Shown piece by piece: positions 26,630 through 39,456 of a stretch of 64,000 nt of DNA. The DNA comes from Stegostoma tigrinum. Its lineage: Eukaryota. The DNA lies in NCBI RefSeq assembly GCF_030684315.1, contig NC_081355.1, forward strand, positions 31,327,141-31,391,140, written 5' to 3'. The translations under genes and the position numbers were made by a program. Under the pieces are notes generated by a model. It had not been told where the DNA came from, searched no databases, and saw only the letters and a list, made by a program, of their open reading frames with translations. Within the stretch, counting starts at the first letter, position 1. Each line of letters opens with the position of its first letter.

Positions 26630-26848
26630 TCAAAAACAAAGTTACTGGAAAAGCCCAGCAGGTCTGGCAACATCTGTGAAATGAAAAACAGAGTTAATAT
26701 TCCAGATCAGAACTGTGGAAGGGTCACTGGACTCAAAATGTTAACTCTGTTTTTTCCTTCTCAGATGCTGGCAGACCTGCTGAGCTTTTCCAGCAACTTT
26801 GTTTTCGTTCCTGATTTACAGCATCCGCAATTCTTTCAGATTTTATTT
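26630..26848 (+). mobile_element. Mini fold-back Penelope-like element (family C) with TSD
   Basis: Left ~75 nt is the rc of the right arm; unpaired 3' tail; decayed hammerhead ctgtggaagggtcactggactcaaaatgtt; TSD tgcc(c/a)tttgata at 26618-26629 / 26849-26860. Confidence 0.8.
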
Positions 26849-27029
26849 TGCCATTTGATAATATTGTTTAAGATAGCAACCATACATCCATGTACAAGCT
26901 GCTAAATTTGCAGGCAAATTGTGTGACTGTCTTGTACTACAATCAGGAGATAGAGGGAGAAAAGTTTGTAGAGTTTGACTACATTTAGAATATGATGTAC
27001 ATTACAACATACAATTCTGGGCTCACTGA

Positions 27030-27760
27030 GCCTTGGAAAGGATACATTACTGTTGGAGACACTGCAGATTCACCAGAATAATAGCAGGGCTCCAAGGGGT
27101 AGATTAGGAGGAAATATGATAAAAAAAAACCTGGCCTGTATTTCCTGGAACAAAATAGGTTCATTGGTAGATTTGCTGAAAATGAATAGGATTTTAGATA
27201 GAACTGATAGCATAGAGAGGAATTGCTTGTGCTATTGTCCAAGTCAAAGAGAACTTGCATTCAGATCAATGCCATGTCATTTAGGAAGGTACTAGGAAAC
27301 ACTTCACATTAAAGGAAGACTTCGTAGCATAGAAAGTTAGGATGGTTGGTCCACAGCCTGTCATGTCCATGTCAGTTAGGACATTTCACATAGTCCCATT
27401 TCCTCACCTCTTCGTTACGCTGAAGACTTTTTCTCTTCAGAAAACTATTTAATTCTTGTTTGAAGGATTTGACTGAATCTAACTTCACCACACTCAAAAG
27501 CAATGCAATTCCAGATCCTAAATGTCATTTACTATTTTCCTCATGTCAATCTTGTTCGCTTTGCCAATCATCTTAAATTAGTGTCATCTGCTTCTCCATC
27601 TTTACACCAACACAAATATTTTCTACTAACTACTCTATTCTCAGCCTTATCATTTAAAATACTTCCACCAAATCTGCAACCTTTTCTTTGGGCAGAACAG
27701 TTTCAGTTTCCTCACCCTATCCATATAACAGAAAATCCTAATCTGTGGATCCTCAGTTAA
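27030..27760. mobile_element. Two abutting old CR1 3' fragments (plus, then minus)
   Basis: gatttgctgaaaatgaataggattttagatag (plus) and gcaattccagatcctaaatgtc (minus) resemble CR1 3' regions. Confidence 0.4.
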
Positions 27761-29430
27761 ATGGGCACATTAAGAACACTGCATTTCCAACATAGTATTG
27801 CAGGATATTTTTGCAGCTTTGATCTTTGTGCCCAAGTCTCCTTGAAGAACCCACAACCTTCAGGTCAAAGGCAGAAAGCTACCAATTTTTTCTATGATTT
27901 TAACAAAAAAACAGTTAAGTGTAGGAATTCATTCTAATATAAATCCATGATGTTAACATTGAATTTTAAGGAACTGAAGGCCAATTATTGACCTCGGGCT
28001 AGATTTTGTGGGGTGTAGGGGAGGGGGTGTCTTTAGGCTGCTCTCTTACTCCTGAAGGAACATTGGTGGGCAGCTGATGCACTGAGAAGTCCACCCCCTA
28101 GTCAAGCACACTGCAGGCAGCCTGACTTGGTTGAGTGGGATTTCCATAACGATGTCAAAGGAGTTGCCGGTCAATTAGATTGGCTGGCAGTTCCTGCAGT
28201 TCTGTCAGTGCCAAAAGCTCAGTTGTGGATTCTGCTGGGGCTGCTAGTAGGAGCCTGAGAAATGGGCATTGCTGCCAGAAAGATACATTTCGGGCATTGA
28301 AGGATGGTGAGGGATCCAACAGCTCAGAGAAGGAAGAATTGCAGTTGGGGCTGTTTTGGAAGGCAGTGGTAAGGGAGGATAAATTAATATCTTGGGATAT
28401 GCCCTCAATGCACAAAGACTATGTCTTGAATAATGGGCACCATGTCCTTCTCACCTTTTAAAAATGCATTTAATCAAATTCAATTGACCCTTATTCATTT
28501 ATTTAAATATGACAGGGTCTGCATTGTGGGAGTGCTGCTGGACACCTACCCTATTTTATACCCTCTCCATTTGACACACACACCCCTATTGGGAGACTAT
28601 AAAATCCCAATCGATTTGCAAATTTTTTGAGCAACAGGTGACACAGAACAATAAATAGGTACTCAATATGGCAGGCTGTGACTAGTGTTTTCCTGTAAGG
28701 ATCTGTGTGGGGCCTCAATTATTCACTTAGAAAATGGAATAGAGAGATCGTATGTCCAAATTTGCTAATTATGTGACATTATAAGCAAAGTAGATGGAAA
28801 CATAACATTTCAAAGAGATTATGTGAGTTAGAAGAACTGTGACAGCGGTTTTGGGTACCACACCATAAGAATGATGAGTTAGCCTTGGGGGGAGAGCAGT
28901 GTAGACTTACCTGAAAGATACTGTATTTCAGCCTTTTTTTAACCTGACTCTTTTCTCTATGATGGAGATTTCAATCATGCCTCCCAGTGGTCTGGCTGGT
29001 GTTGCATCACTTTTGGATTTGTCCATAAGCCACAGACATTCTGAGTCAATATACACCTATGTGCTATTGGTAAAATACCAGAGAGGTTATGTCACAACTT
29101 CTGGCTCAGCAGGTCTGGAAACTTGTGCTGCATACATCTAAATCCACTACTGAGAGACACATTGCTTATCTGTGGCCATTACTCCATATTTTCACTTCTA
29201 ACCAAACAGCGTCCTCCCATCTCCTGCACTGTTGACTGGTGGTGCGAGCATGACAATCAAATGGTGCATTCCTATATGGACACAATCTAACAAAGTCTTC
29301 TAGTTTCGACTCAGCCAGTAAAAGTTACAGGATTTTTACCTCTTTCCTCAAGACATATCTGTCCGTGAAATGAATTACTTCAATGCCAGTCTTGGACAGC
29401 TAATGTCCATAATGGTCACCTCACTAGAAA

Positions 29431-29683
29431 CAGTCTGCCTGTGTGGAGTTTGCACATTCACCCAGTGTTTACATGGGTTCCCTCCAAGTGCTCTGGTTTC
29501 CTCCCACAGTCCAAAGATGTGCAGCCTAGGTGGATTGGCCATGCTAAATTGCCCATAGTGTTCAGAGATGAGTGGATTAGCTGGGTTATAGAGGAATGGG
29601 TCTGGGTGGGATGCTATGAGGGTCAGTGTGGACATGTTGGACTGAAGGGCCTGGCTCCACACTGTAGGGGTGCTATGATTCTG
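29431..29683 (+). mobile_element. HE1-type V-SINE (5'-truncated), nested in Gypsy
   Basis: V-domain tgtgtggagtttgcacattc...ttcctcccacagtccaaagatgtgcag..ggtggattggccatgctaaattgccc. Confidence 0.9.
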
Positions 29684-31180
29684 TGAGAACAGTGGTGAGA
29701 GTTTATGCCTTGTCTGGCACCATTCCTCGACTGAAACCTGATCCGTTACAATCTTGGGATGTCTACCTCCATAGCCTAGGAAGTATACCTTTAAAAATAA
29801 AGGGGCAGATGATGGTAACCCTTTCCTACAAAGACCAATAGTTACAGAAAATCTTTATGTTGTCTGCAATTAGGAGCTATCATTGCTAAGTTGAAAGGCT
29901 CTTATCAACACGTGCATTCTTTCCATGATTAATTAAGTCATTATGCTCCAGATACATTTTGCATAGAGTTGCCTGCTTTGTTTGCTAGCCTTAGGATGTC
30001 TCCACACAGTATACTGTTTTACAGTGAGGCCAACAGTCAAGCCAATTCCGTTCACACCAAGGAAGAGTCTGCAATCTCTCCTCAAGATTAAGGACAAATT
30101 TGATTCTATGCTGTGTCTATAGTCATCTCGCATGTAAGTCTACTTTCTGGACTTCTGGAATGGTCCCACAGCAAATCTACATGCACTTGCAACTGAATAA
30201 GGCAGTGGTGTTAGTCAACAATAGTTTGGCCAAATGTTCCTGAAGCTCTTTCTTCATGAAATTGTATGCCAACATTCGGTTTTGGAAGCTCCCATTAAAC
30301 AAAAATTCCAAAGTCCTAATCATCTCCATCACCTATCTTGACAGATGTTGTTTCAATCTGTTGCCATTTGGCATAGTCTCTGTACTAGAAGTCTTTAAGC
30401 GCATTATGATGGGCATCCTTGAAGCCAGTATGGCATCATCTGCATTATGTATTCCTCATCCATGGCTCCATGGTGCAAGAAAATAATTGTATATAAGGTC
30501 CATACTCCAGCATCTGTAGGATACTCATCCAACACTCAATTTTCTAAGGCTTCCATTCACATCATGGCCTATATGACAGATGATTCAGGATTAGAGTGGA
30601 TTCTCCTAAGAGCATGGCTATTGGGAACTTACCTCCATCACAGAATATTAGTCAATGTCAACAAATCATGAACTTGGTGAACCAGTTGAGAAAGCTCTTG
30701 CACACACATATGTTAATGATCTGTTCCATCAATTTTTGAAACAAGATCAAGTATGTTGCTGGAATATGTACTAGAAAGGAGCTTTTAATTCTGTAAAAGA
30801 TATGTCCACATCTACTCATGCCTAAGTTCACTACAACCCACAATTTCCTGCCATCATCACAGACAATGTCTCTTCTGTTCACTTAAGGACAGCCCTCTCC
30901 CAGATCTGTGTTGATGACTCCAGCTGACTAGTTTAATATACCCTGCAAGGTGCTGACCTACATGGAACAACGCTACACAGTGATTGAGAAGAAAATTTTT
31001 GCTGTCATATGGTCCTGTGAAAATTTCTCCTATTATGTTATTCGTCTCAAATTTGTTGAAACAACAAACCTTCAGTGACTCTCTTGAATATGCAGGAGCT
31101 GGCAAAGATGCTGTCTTGCAAAGTTTTTTTGCTTGTGCGTGATGCTATTTGATGTGAGGATTAAATATGTCCAGAGCGGG

Positions 31181-31258
31181 CGGCCCGAAACGTCAGCTTT
31201 TCTGCTCCTAAGATGCTGCTTGGCCTGCTGTGTTCATCCAGCTCCACACTTTGTTATC
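31181..31258 (+). mobile_element. Penelope-like pLTR fragment (family A)
   Basis: ggcccgaaacgtcagctttt...ccagctccacactttgttatc, nearly identical to 53136-53212; contains only the 3' half of the hammerhead. Confidence 0.9.
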
Positions 31259-32543
31259 GCCAGACCACCACTGATGCTTTGCACGCCTGTAGAGATATCT
31301 TGTTTTGTTCAGGATATCCTTTTCTGTGCCTTGCTTTCAACTGGATTACACTCAGTGATTACCCAATCATTACACCAGATCAGAAACATGCAAAAACAGA
31401 CATCGAATTTGTATAGATGTGAGAATACCGCCTCATTGGTTGGTCTACTAATCCACTGACTCATCTAGATTTGTGCCTGTACTTTGAGCACCATGGCCAC
31501 TAACCCTACTCTATGATCTGCCAGTCTACAGGCACAGGACCATCATCGCTAATCACTTCTGGCCAGACAACTTCTACTGCTAATACTGGGGCCATGTGGG
31601 CATCTCTAATTGCCAGGCACATTCCCACAACAGTCTCTTGGCCAGGCAGTTTGAAGACATATGTGACATAGTGTGCCAATTGTCTCTACTCAAATGCACT
31701 ATCCACAGACAAAACTGAAAGTAAACATTGATGGTCTTGTCATTCCCATCCTGCTCACGGAAAGCTTAAAAATGGATTGAGTGGCTACAAGGCTTGACAC
31801 CTGCAACATTCATCATCTCCCTCAAGATAATAATCAACACTAACGATCCCTGATGACGTGTTTTTGATAATGGTCTACAATTTGCCAAAGACCCTTCTAA
31901 ATGCATGACTCAATCCTATGCATTTCTGGACATTCTTGCTTACCTGGGTTCGTACAGGCTAATGGAGGAACAAAAAAAAGCAGTCCATGTGATCAAAGCC
32001 CTATTCCAGAAAAAGACAGTGTTGATTTGGCTCATCTGAATGACGATTTCTATAATAGTATGGCCTCCTTGGAAAACTTGATGGGGAGGAGATTGCACAA
32101 TTGACTTTGGAGAAGTTGAAGGATAATGGTTAAGAACTATCATGCTAGTGAATGCCTGCTGACAGGAGATCATGTGAACTATGAACAAGTCTGCAGGGTT
32201 ATAGGAATGTTGTCTAATCTTGCATTTCTGGTTGCAGCAGCAGCAGCGCGAGCGGGAGCTTGGACCAGGGGCCTGTCGGGAAGCCGGTGAGTCACTGTTT
32301 TTGAATCTTTAAAAAGCTTTCCTCGTGAATAGGCGGAGGTTGCTGAGTAGGAGCCGACACGGGACTGGTGAGTGAGTGAGGTAATATATTTGTGTGGTTG
32401 CGTTACCGGAAACACTACCCAGGTAGTGTCTCCCACCCATCCTCCTCCTCCTCTAACCAAAAAAAAAGGTTCGGTGTGCCTGATTGGTAAGGTAACAAGT
32501 TTATTTTTTATTCTTTATTTTTTAAGTCTTGGGATTTAGAATA

Positions 32544-33460
32544 ATGGGAACGGAGGTCAGGGCAGTTGAATGTTCCTCCTGCAGAATGTGGGAGGTAAGG
32601 GTCATCACTAGTGTCCCTGCTGACTACATCTGCGGGAAGTGCACCCAACTCCAGCTCCTTGAAAACCGCGTTAGGGAACTGGAGCTGGAGCTGGATGAAC
32701 TTCGGATCATTCGGGAGGCAGAGGGGGTTATTGAGAGGAGTTACAGGGAGGTAGTCACTCCTCAAGTACAGGAAAAAGGCAGATGGGTTACGGTCAGGGG
32801 ACGGAAAGGGAACCGGCAGGCAGGGCAGGGATCCCCTGTGGCCATTCCCCTCACCATAAGTATACCGTTTTGGATACTGTTGGGGGGGACGACTTACATG
32901 GGGAAAGCAGTGGGGCACAGGTCTCTGGCACAGAGTCTGTCCCTGCTGCTCAGAAGGGAAGGGGGAAGAGGAGCAGAGCATTAGTCATTGGGGACACCAT
33001 AGTTAAGGGGACAGATAGGAAGTTCTGTGGGGACGAGAGAGACTCACGGTTGGTGTGTTGCCTCCCAGGTGCCAGGGTGCGTGATGTCTCTGATCGTGTT
33101 TTTGGGATCCTTAAGGGGGAGCACGTTGGCACCAACGACATAGGTAGGAAGAGAAATGGGGATTTAAGGCAGAAATTCAGAGAGCTAGGATGGAACCTGA
33201 GAGCTAGGACGAACAGAGTTGTTGTCTCTGGTTTGTTGCCTGTGCCACGTGCTAGTGAGGTGAGGAATAGGAAACAGAGAGGAGTTGAACAAGTGGCTAC
33301 AGGGATGGTGCAGGAGGGAGGGTTTTGGATTCTTGGATAATTGGGGGTCTTTCTGGGGTAGGTGGGACCTCTACAAGCAGGATGGTCTTCACCTGAACCA
33401 GAGGGGTACTGATATCCCGGGGGGAAATTTGCTAAAGCTATTCGGGTGGGTTTAAACTAA
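32544..33460 (+). pseudogene. CR1 ORF1: zinc finger/leucine zipper plus SGNH esterase, frameshifted
   Basis: CSSC...CGKC, LQLLENRVRELELELDELR, then GDTIVKG..CCLPGA..HVGTND after a frameshift near 32850. Confidence 0.9.
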
Positions 33461-33492
33461 TTCAGCAGGGGGATGGGCACCAAAATTGTAGT

Positions 33493-36340
33493 TTGACTAT
33501 AGAAAAGGTTGAGAGTAGGGTGGTCCGAAATAAAGTTTCAGGGAAGCAAGATGGCACCAGCAAGCAAGAAATTGGTTTGAAGTGTGTCTACTTCAATGCC
33601 AGGAGCATTCAGAATAAGGTGGGTGAACTTGGAGCATGGGTTAGTACCTGGGACTTGGGGGTTGTGGCCATTTTGGAGACATGGACAGAGCAGGGACAGG
33701 AATGGTTGTTGCGGGTTCTGGGATTCAGATGTTTCAGTAAGAACAGAGAAGATGGTAAAAAGGGCGGAGGTGTGGCATTGTTGGTCAAGGACCGTATTAC
33801 AGTTGCAGAAAGGATGTTTGGGGACTCGTCAAATGAGGTAGTATGGGTTGAGATTAGAAACAGGAAAGGAGAGGTCACCCTGTTCGGAGTTTTCTATAGG
33901 CCTCCGCATAGTTCCAGAAATGTAGAGGAAAGGATAGCAAAGATGATTCTCGATAGGAGTGAGAGAGACAGGGTAGTTGTCATGGGGGACTTCAACTTTC
34001 CAAACATTAACTGGGAACACTATAGTTCGAGTACTATAGATGGGTCAGTTTTTGTCCAGTGTGTGCAGGAGGGCTTCCTGACACCATATGTAGATAGGCC
34101 AACAAGGGGCGAAGCCACATTAGATTTGGTACTGGGTAATGAGCCTGGCCAGGTGTTAGATACGGAAGTAGATGAGCACTTTGGTGATAGCGATCACAAT
34201 TCTGTTATGTTTACTTTAGTGATGGCAAGGGATAGGTGTATACCACTGGGAAAGAGTTATAGCTGGGGGAAAGGCAATTACAATGAGATTAGGCAAGATT
34301 TAGGGAGCATAGGATGGGGTAGGAAACTGCAGGGGATGGGCACATTAGAAATGTGGAGCTTATTCAAGGAAAAGCTCCTGTGTGTCCTAGATAAATATGT
34401 ACCTGTCAGGCAGGGAGGAAGCTGTAGAGTGCGGGAGCCGTGGTTTATGATGGAGGTGGAATCTCTGGTCAAGAGGAAGAAGAAGACTTATGTTAGGATG
34501 AGATGTGAAGGCTCAGTTCGGGCACTTGAGGGCTACGAGGTAGCCAGGAAAGACCTAAAAAGAGAGCTCAAAAGAGCCAGGAGGAGTCATGAGAAGTTGT
34601 TAGCGGATAGGATCAAGGTAACCCCTAAGGCTTTCTACAGGTATTTAAGGAATAAAAGAATGACAAAAGTAAGACTAGGCCCAATCAAGGATAGTAGTGG
34701 GAAGTTGTGTGTGGAGTCAGATGAGATAGGGGAAGCGCTAAATGAATATTTTTCAACAGTATTCACTCTAGAAAACGACAATGTTGTCGAGGAGAATACT
34801 GAGATACAGGCTACTAGACTAGGTGGGATTGAGGTTCACAAGGAAGAGGTATTAGAAATCCTACAGAGGGTGAAGATAGATAAGTCCCCTGGGCCGGATG
34901 GGATTTATCCTAGGATCCTCTGGGAAGCCAGGGAGGAGATTGCCGAGCCTTTGGCATTGATCTTTAACTCGTCATTGTCTACAGGCATAGTGCCAGATGA
35001 CTGGAGGATAGCAAATGTGGTTCCCCTGTTCAACAAGGGGAGTAGAGACACCCCTGGTAATTATAGACCAGTGAGCCTTACCTCAGTTGTTGGTCAAGGG
35101 TTGGAAAAGGTTATAAGGGATAGGATTTATAATCATCTAGAAAAGAATAAATTGACTAGGGATAGTCAGCACGGTTTTGTGAAGGGAAGGTCTGCCTCAC
35201 AAACCTTATTGAGTTCTTTGAGAAGGTGACCAAACAGGTAGATGAGAGTAAACTGGTTGATGTGGTGTATATGGATTTCAGCAAGACGTTCAATAAGGTT
35301 CTCCACAATAGGCTATTGTACAAAATGCAGAGGAATGGAATTGTGGGAGATATAGCAGTTTCGATCGGAAATTGGCTTGCTGAAAGAAGACAGAGGGTGG
35401 TAGTTGATGGGAAATGCTCATCCTGGAGACCAGTTACTAGTGGTGTACCGCAAGGGTCGGTGTTGGGTCCACTGCTGTTTGTCATTTTTATCAATGACCT
35501 GGATGAGGGCGTAGAAGGATGGGTTAGTAAATTTGCAGACGACACTCAGGTCGGTGGAGTTGTGGATAGTGACGAAGGATGCTGTAGGTTGCAGAGAGAC
35601 ATAGATAAGCTGCAGAGCTGGGCTGAGAGGTGGCAAATGGACTTTAATGCAGACAAGTGTGAGGTGATGCACTTTGGTAGGAGTAACCCAAAGGCAAAGT
35701 ACAGGGCTAAAGGTAAGATTCTTAGTAGTGTAGATGAGCAGAGAGATCTTGGTATCCATGTACACAGATCCTTGAAAGTTGCCACCCAGGTTGACAGGGC
35801 TGTTAAGAAAGCATACAGTGTTTTAGCTTTGATTAATAGTGGGATCGAGTTCTGGAACCAAGAGGTTATGCTGACGCTGTACAAAACTCTGGTGCGGCCG
35901 CACTTGGAGTATTGTGTACAGTTCTGGTCACCACATTATAAGCAGGATGTGGAAGCTTTGGAAAGGGTGCAGAGGAGATTTACTAGGATGTTGCCTGGTA
36001 TGGAGGGAAGGTCTTACGAGGAAAGGCTGAGGGACTTTGAGGCTGTTTTCATTAGAGAGAAGAAGGTTGAGAGGTGACTTAATTGAGACATATAAAATAA
36101 TCAGAGGGTTAGATAGGGTGGATAGGGAGACCCTTTTTCCTAGGATGGTGACGCCGAGCACGAGGGGGCATAGCTTTAAATTGAGGGGTGAAAGATATAG
36201 GACAGATGTCAGAGGTAATTTCTTTACTCGGAGTAGTAAGGGAATGGAACGCTTTGCCTGCAATGGTAGTAGATTTGCCAACTTTAGGTACATTTAAGTC
36301 GTCATTGGATAAGCATGTGGACGTACATGGAATAGTGTAG
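33493..36340 (+). pseudogene. CR1 ORF2: APE endonuclease plus reverse transcriptase, frameshifted
   Basis: YFNARS, MGDFNFP, GDSDH, KSPGPDG, NYRPVSLTS, YMDFSKTF, SGVPQGSVLGP, KFADD; frameshifts near 35190 and 36040. Confidence 0.95.
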
Positions 36341-37820
36341 GTTAGATGGGCTTGAGATCGGTATGACAGGTCGGCACAACATCGAGGGCCGAAGGGCCTG
36401 TACTGTGCTGTAATGTTCTATGTTCTAGTTCTAGAATATACAATTGAATGTTACTTTTTTTTTGCTAAGACTGAGTTGCGTTGAAGTTTTCAAAGGGATT
36501 TCCACTGCAAGACCTAACATGTTTTCTCACTGTATCTTCCAAATTCACCTAATTAAATATCTAACCCGCCATTGTGGTCTCACTCCTGTCTGATTCTGGT
36601 CCCATTATATTACATGCCATTCCTTAAACAACTCACACTCAGAACATATCTGCCAAAAGACCAATGCCCCTTGCACCCACAACATTTTTGAAAAGCCACT
36701 GTGTACCCAGATAATTATTAGCAATTCAGCATTGGCATTCACTAGCAATGTCATGGCACAGCAGCCACATTGTCAGGCTGTCCACATCATGTAGCCAACA
36801 TGGCTGACACTCCCTCATATGTGCAACCCCATCTCAGTCACAGTTTAAACACCAGGTCACACACTTTACCCATCTGTACCTATATCCCATCTGAACACCT
36901 CCTGAGTCAGTGCTACTATATTAATAATGGCCACTGTAAATCCATAGTTTATGGCTGAAGTCAACAGCCACAAAGTAAATCAGATTTCACCACCATAAGC
37001 AACAACTATTTTGGCTGCCCATGACTGTCTGCTGCACTACCTCCCTCCTAATGGAAGCATCTGTCAATGATGACCGACAGGATGGTAACTCCCTATGGCA
37101 GGTGAGCTCTGTCATGAAGAACAACACCTTTTTCCTCCCTCAGGTTATCATCCTCTTCCTCAGAAAGAGGGCCCTGTTCTCCTCGTCCTTCAGAATCCAG
37201 CAAATCCCCTCATTGCCTGCTCAAATTGTGCAGAGCACAGCATGTAGATGATGTGGCACATTCTGTAACATACAGGAAGGCTCCCTGGACAACCAGATCT
37301 TTAACAGTCCTTCATGGCCCTCAATGCCAGCGTATTCTTTCTTAAACACAGGGACAAAAATTGCCCACAGTACTCCAGGTTTGGCCTCACCAACATCTTG
37401 TACAGTTTTAACAAGACTTCCCTGTTTTTAAACTGAAAATACCTAGTATTAAAGGCCAAAATTCTTTTTGCCCTCTTAATTACTCACTGCACTTTCATGT
37501 TAATCTTTTGGGTTTCCTGCACAAAAATACACTGATCACTCTGTGCTGCAGTCTTTTGGAAACTGCAATTAAATATTAGTCTGCCTTTTGATTCCTCCAT
37601 TAAACTCCTTCTGCCAATTTTTGCTACTCACTCAATCTATCTGTATCATTTTGCAGGTTCTTTAAGACCTCATTTCAACATTTTCTTGTATCCACTTTTG
37701 TATTATCAGTAAATTTGGATATATAATACATTTTGCCCACTACACCTAATCATTAATGTAGGTCGTAATAATTAAGGTCCAGGAGCTGACCCTGCTGCAT
37801 TCCAGTAGCTAGTTTTTCCA

Positions 37821-37990
37821 GGAATAAAAACAGAAGTTGATGGAATAGCTCAAAGCTGGACCCAAAACTGGACCTGAAACATTAATTCTGATTTTTTTTC
37901 TTCACAGATGCTGCCAGACCTGCTGAACTTTTCCAGCAACTTCTGATTTTGTTCCTGATTTACAGCATCTGCAGTTCCTTCACTTTTTTT
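37821..37990 (+). mobile_element. Mini fold-back Penelope-like element (family C) with TSD
   Basis: Same right arm and tail as 26630-26848, with a short inverted left arm; TSD tagcta(g/a)tttttcca at 37806-37820 / 37991-38005. Confidence 0.8.
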
Positions 37991-38079
37991 TAGCTAATTT
38001 TTCCAACCTGAAAGGAACACATTAATCCTGATTCTCCATCTTCTATGTATTAACCAATTCTCAATCCATGCTAATGCAT

Positions 38080-38698
38080 TGAGCACATTTGCCTTCATCA
38101 GTCAGGGCATCAAATAAACAAGTTGGCAGGTTATGTTCTAGTCATATAAAACCTTAGTTGAGCTCATTTGGAATATTGTGTTCAGTTTGCTCGCTGCATT
38201 ACCCGAAGGATGTGGATGCTTTGGAGAGATTGCAGAGAGAATTGACCAGGATGTTGCCTGGTCTGGAGGCTTTAGTCATGATGTGGTTTTAGTTATGAAG
38301 AGAGGTTGGATGAACTCACTTTGCTTTCACTGGAAAGACAGAGACTGAGAGGCGACCTGATAGAGGTCTATAAAATTATGAGAGGTGTAAATAGGGTGGA
38401 TAATCAAAGGTTTTTTTCCCAGGGTGTAAAAGTCAACTACAAGAGGTTCAACGGGAAAAGTTTATGGGACAACTGCAGGGAAAATTTTTCACATGAGGCT
38501 GTTCAGTACCGGAGGCGGTGGAAGCAGACATGTCAGCAATGTTTAAGGCATATCCTGATAGACACGTGAATGGGAATTGAACAGAGGGATAGAAACCGCA
38601 TATGCGCAGTAAGTAGTGGGTCTAAATAAGGACTAGGAATCAATGCAAGATTGGTGCTGAAGGGCCTTTTCCTGTGATGTATTGTTCTTTGTCCTTTG
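38080..38698 (+). mobile_element. CR1 3' fragment nested in the minus-strand CR1
   Basis: LSLERQRLRGDLIEVYKIMRG (ORF 38306-38569) and a CR1 tail. Confidence 0.85.
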
Positions 38699-39456
38699 CT
38701 AATAATCGTCAATACTGTGCGCTATTATTGTGTACATTACCCTCTTAGTTGGCTCCTTTTCAAATGCCTTCTGGAAATTCAAATACAACACATCTATTGG
38801 TTCTCATTTATCAATTCTGGCAGTTCTATCCTCAAAGAATTTCAGTAAATCTGTCAAAAATAATTTCCCTTTCATAAAACCATGTTGATTGCTTGTTTGC
38901 ATTAAGTTTTTTTTAAAGATTGTTATTTTTTCCTTATTAATGGACTTCAGCATTTTTACAACAACAGATACTAGGCTAATGAGCCTATAGTTTCCTGCTT
39001 TCTGTCTCTTTCCCTCTCAAAGCTTTTTTAATCAATTGGAATCCTCCTGGAACCCAGCAGGTTTTAGAATATTTCAACCAATACTTGCACTATCGCTATA
39101 GCCACTTACTTTAAAACCCTTAGATGCAGGCCACCAAGTCCTTGGTGTCTTGTCAACATTAAGTCCCAGTAGTTTGTCAAATACTTTGACTCTCATTTTA
39201 GAGACTATTACAAAATCTATCTTCCCTATAGCACCTTGCCTATCTGATATCTTTGGGATGTTTATAGTGTCATCTGCCTGAAAACACTGATTACATTTTC
39301 TGCAATTTCACTGTTTCCCATTATCAATTCCATAGTATCCACCAAGGATTCCATTCACAATTTGTCTACTTTCTGCTTATATACCTGTAGAAGCCCTGGC
39401 TGTTTTTGTTTTACATTCCTTGCTCTCCTTCAAACTGAGTTTACAGTTGTACTATG

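Larger units (their letters stand above)
28950..32200 (+). mobile_element. Decayed Gypsy (Mag-like) LTR retrotransposon internal region
   Basis: RT FNLLPFGIVSVLEVFKRIMMGILE (30352-30425); RNase H LTYMEQRYTVIEKKIFAVIWSCENFSYYV (~30953-31040); integrase IPD..DNGLQF and QANG remnants (~31845-31970). Confidence 0.8.
32229..36427 (+). mobile_element. Near-full-length, relatively young CR1 LINE
   Basis: GC-rich 5'UTR, ORF1, ORF2 and 3' tail gggccgaagggcctgtactgtgctgtaatgttctatgttcta. Confidence 0.95.

Noticed and set aside
27996-28615. Possible MITE with ggg..atttt / aaaat..c termini
   Set aside because: The terminal inverted match is too degenerate to support without a repeat library.
32390-32470. 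HDV-like or twister ribozyme in the CR1 5'UTR
   Set aside because: I could not fit the nested double pseudoknot or the conserved catalytic residues; kept only as an unexplained conserved hairpin.
36500-37250. Possible Harbinger/Myb-SANT transposon relic
   Set aside because: Only a compositional impression; no motif could be read.
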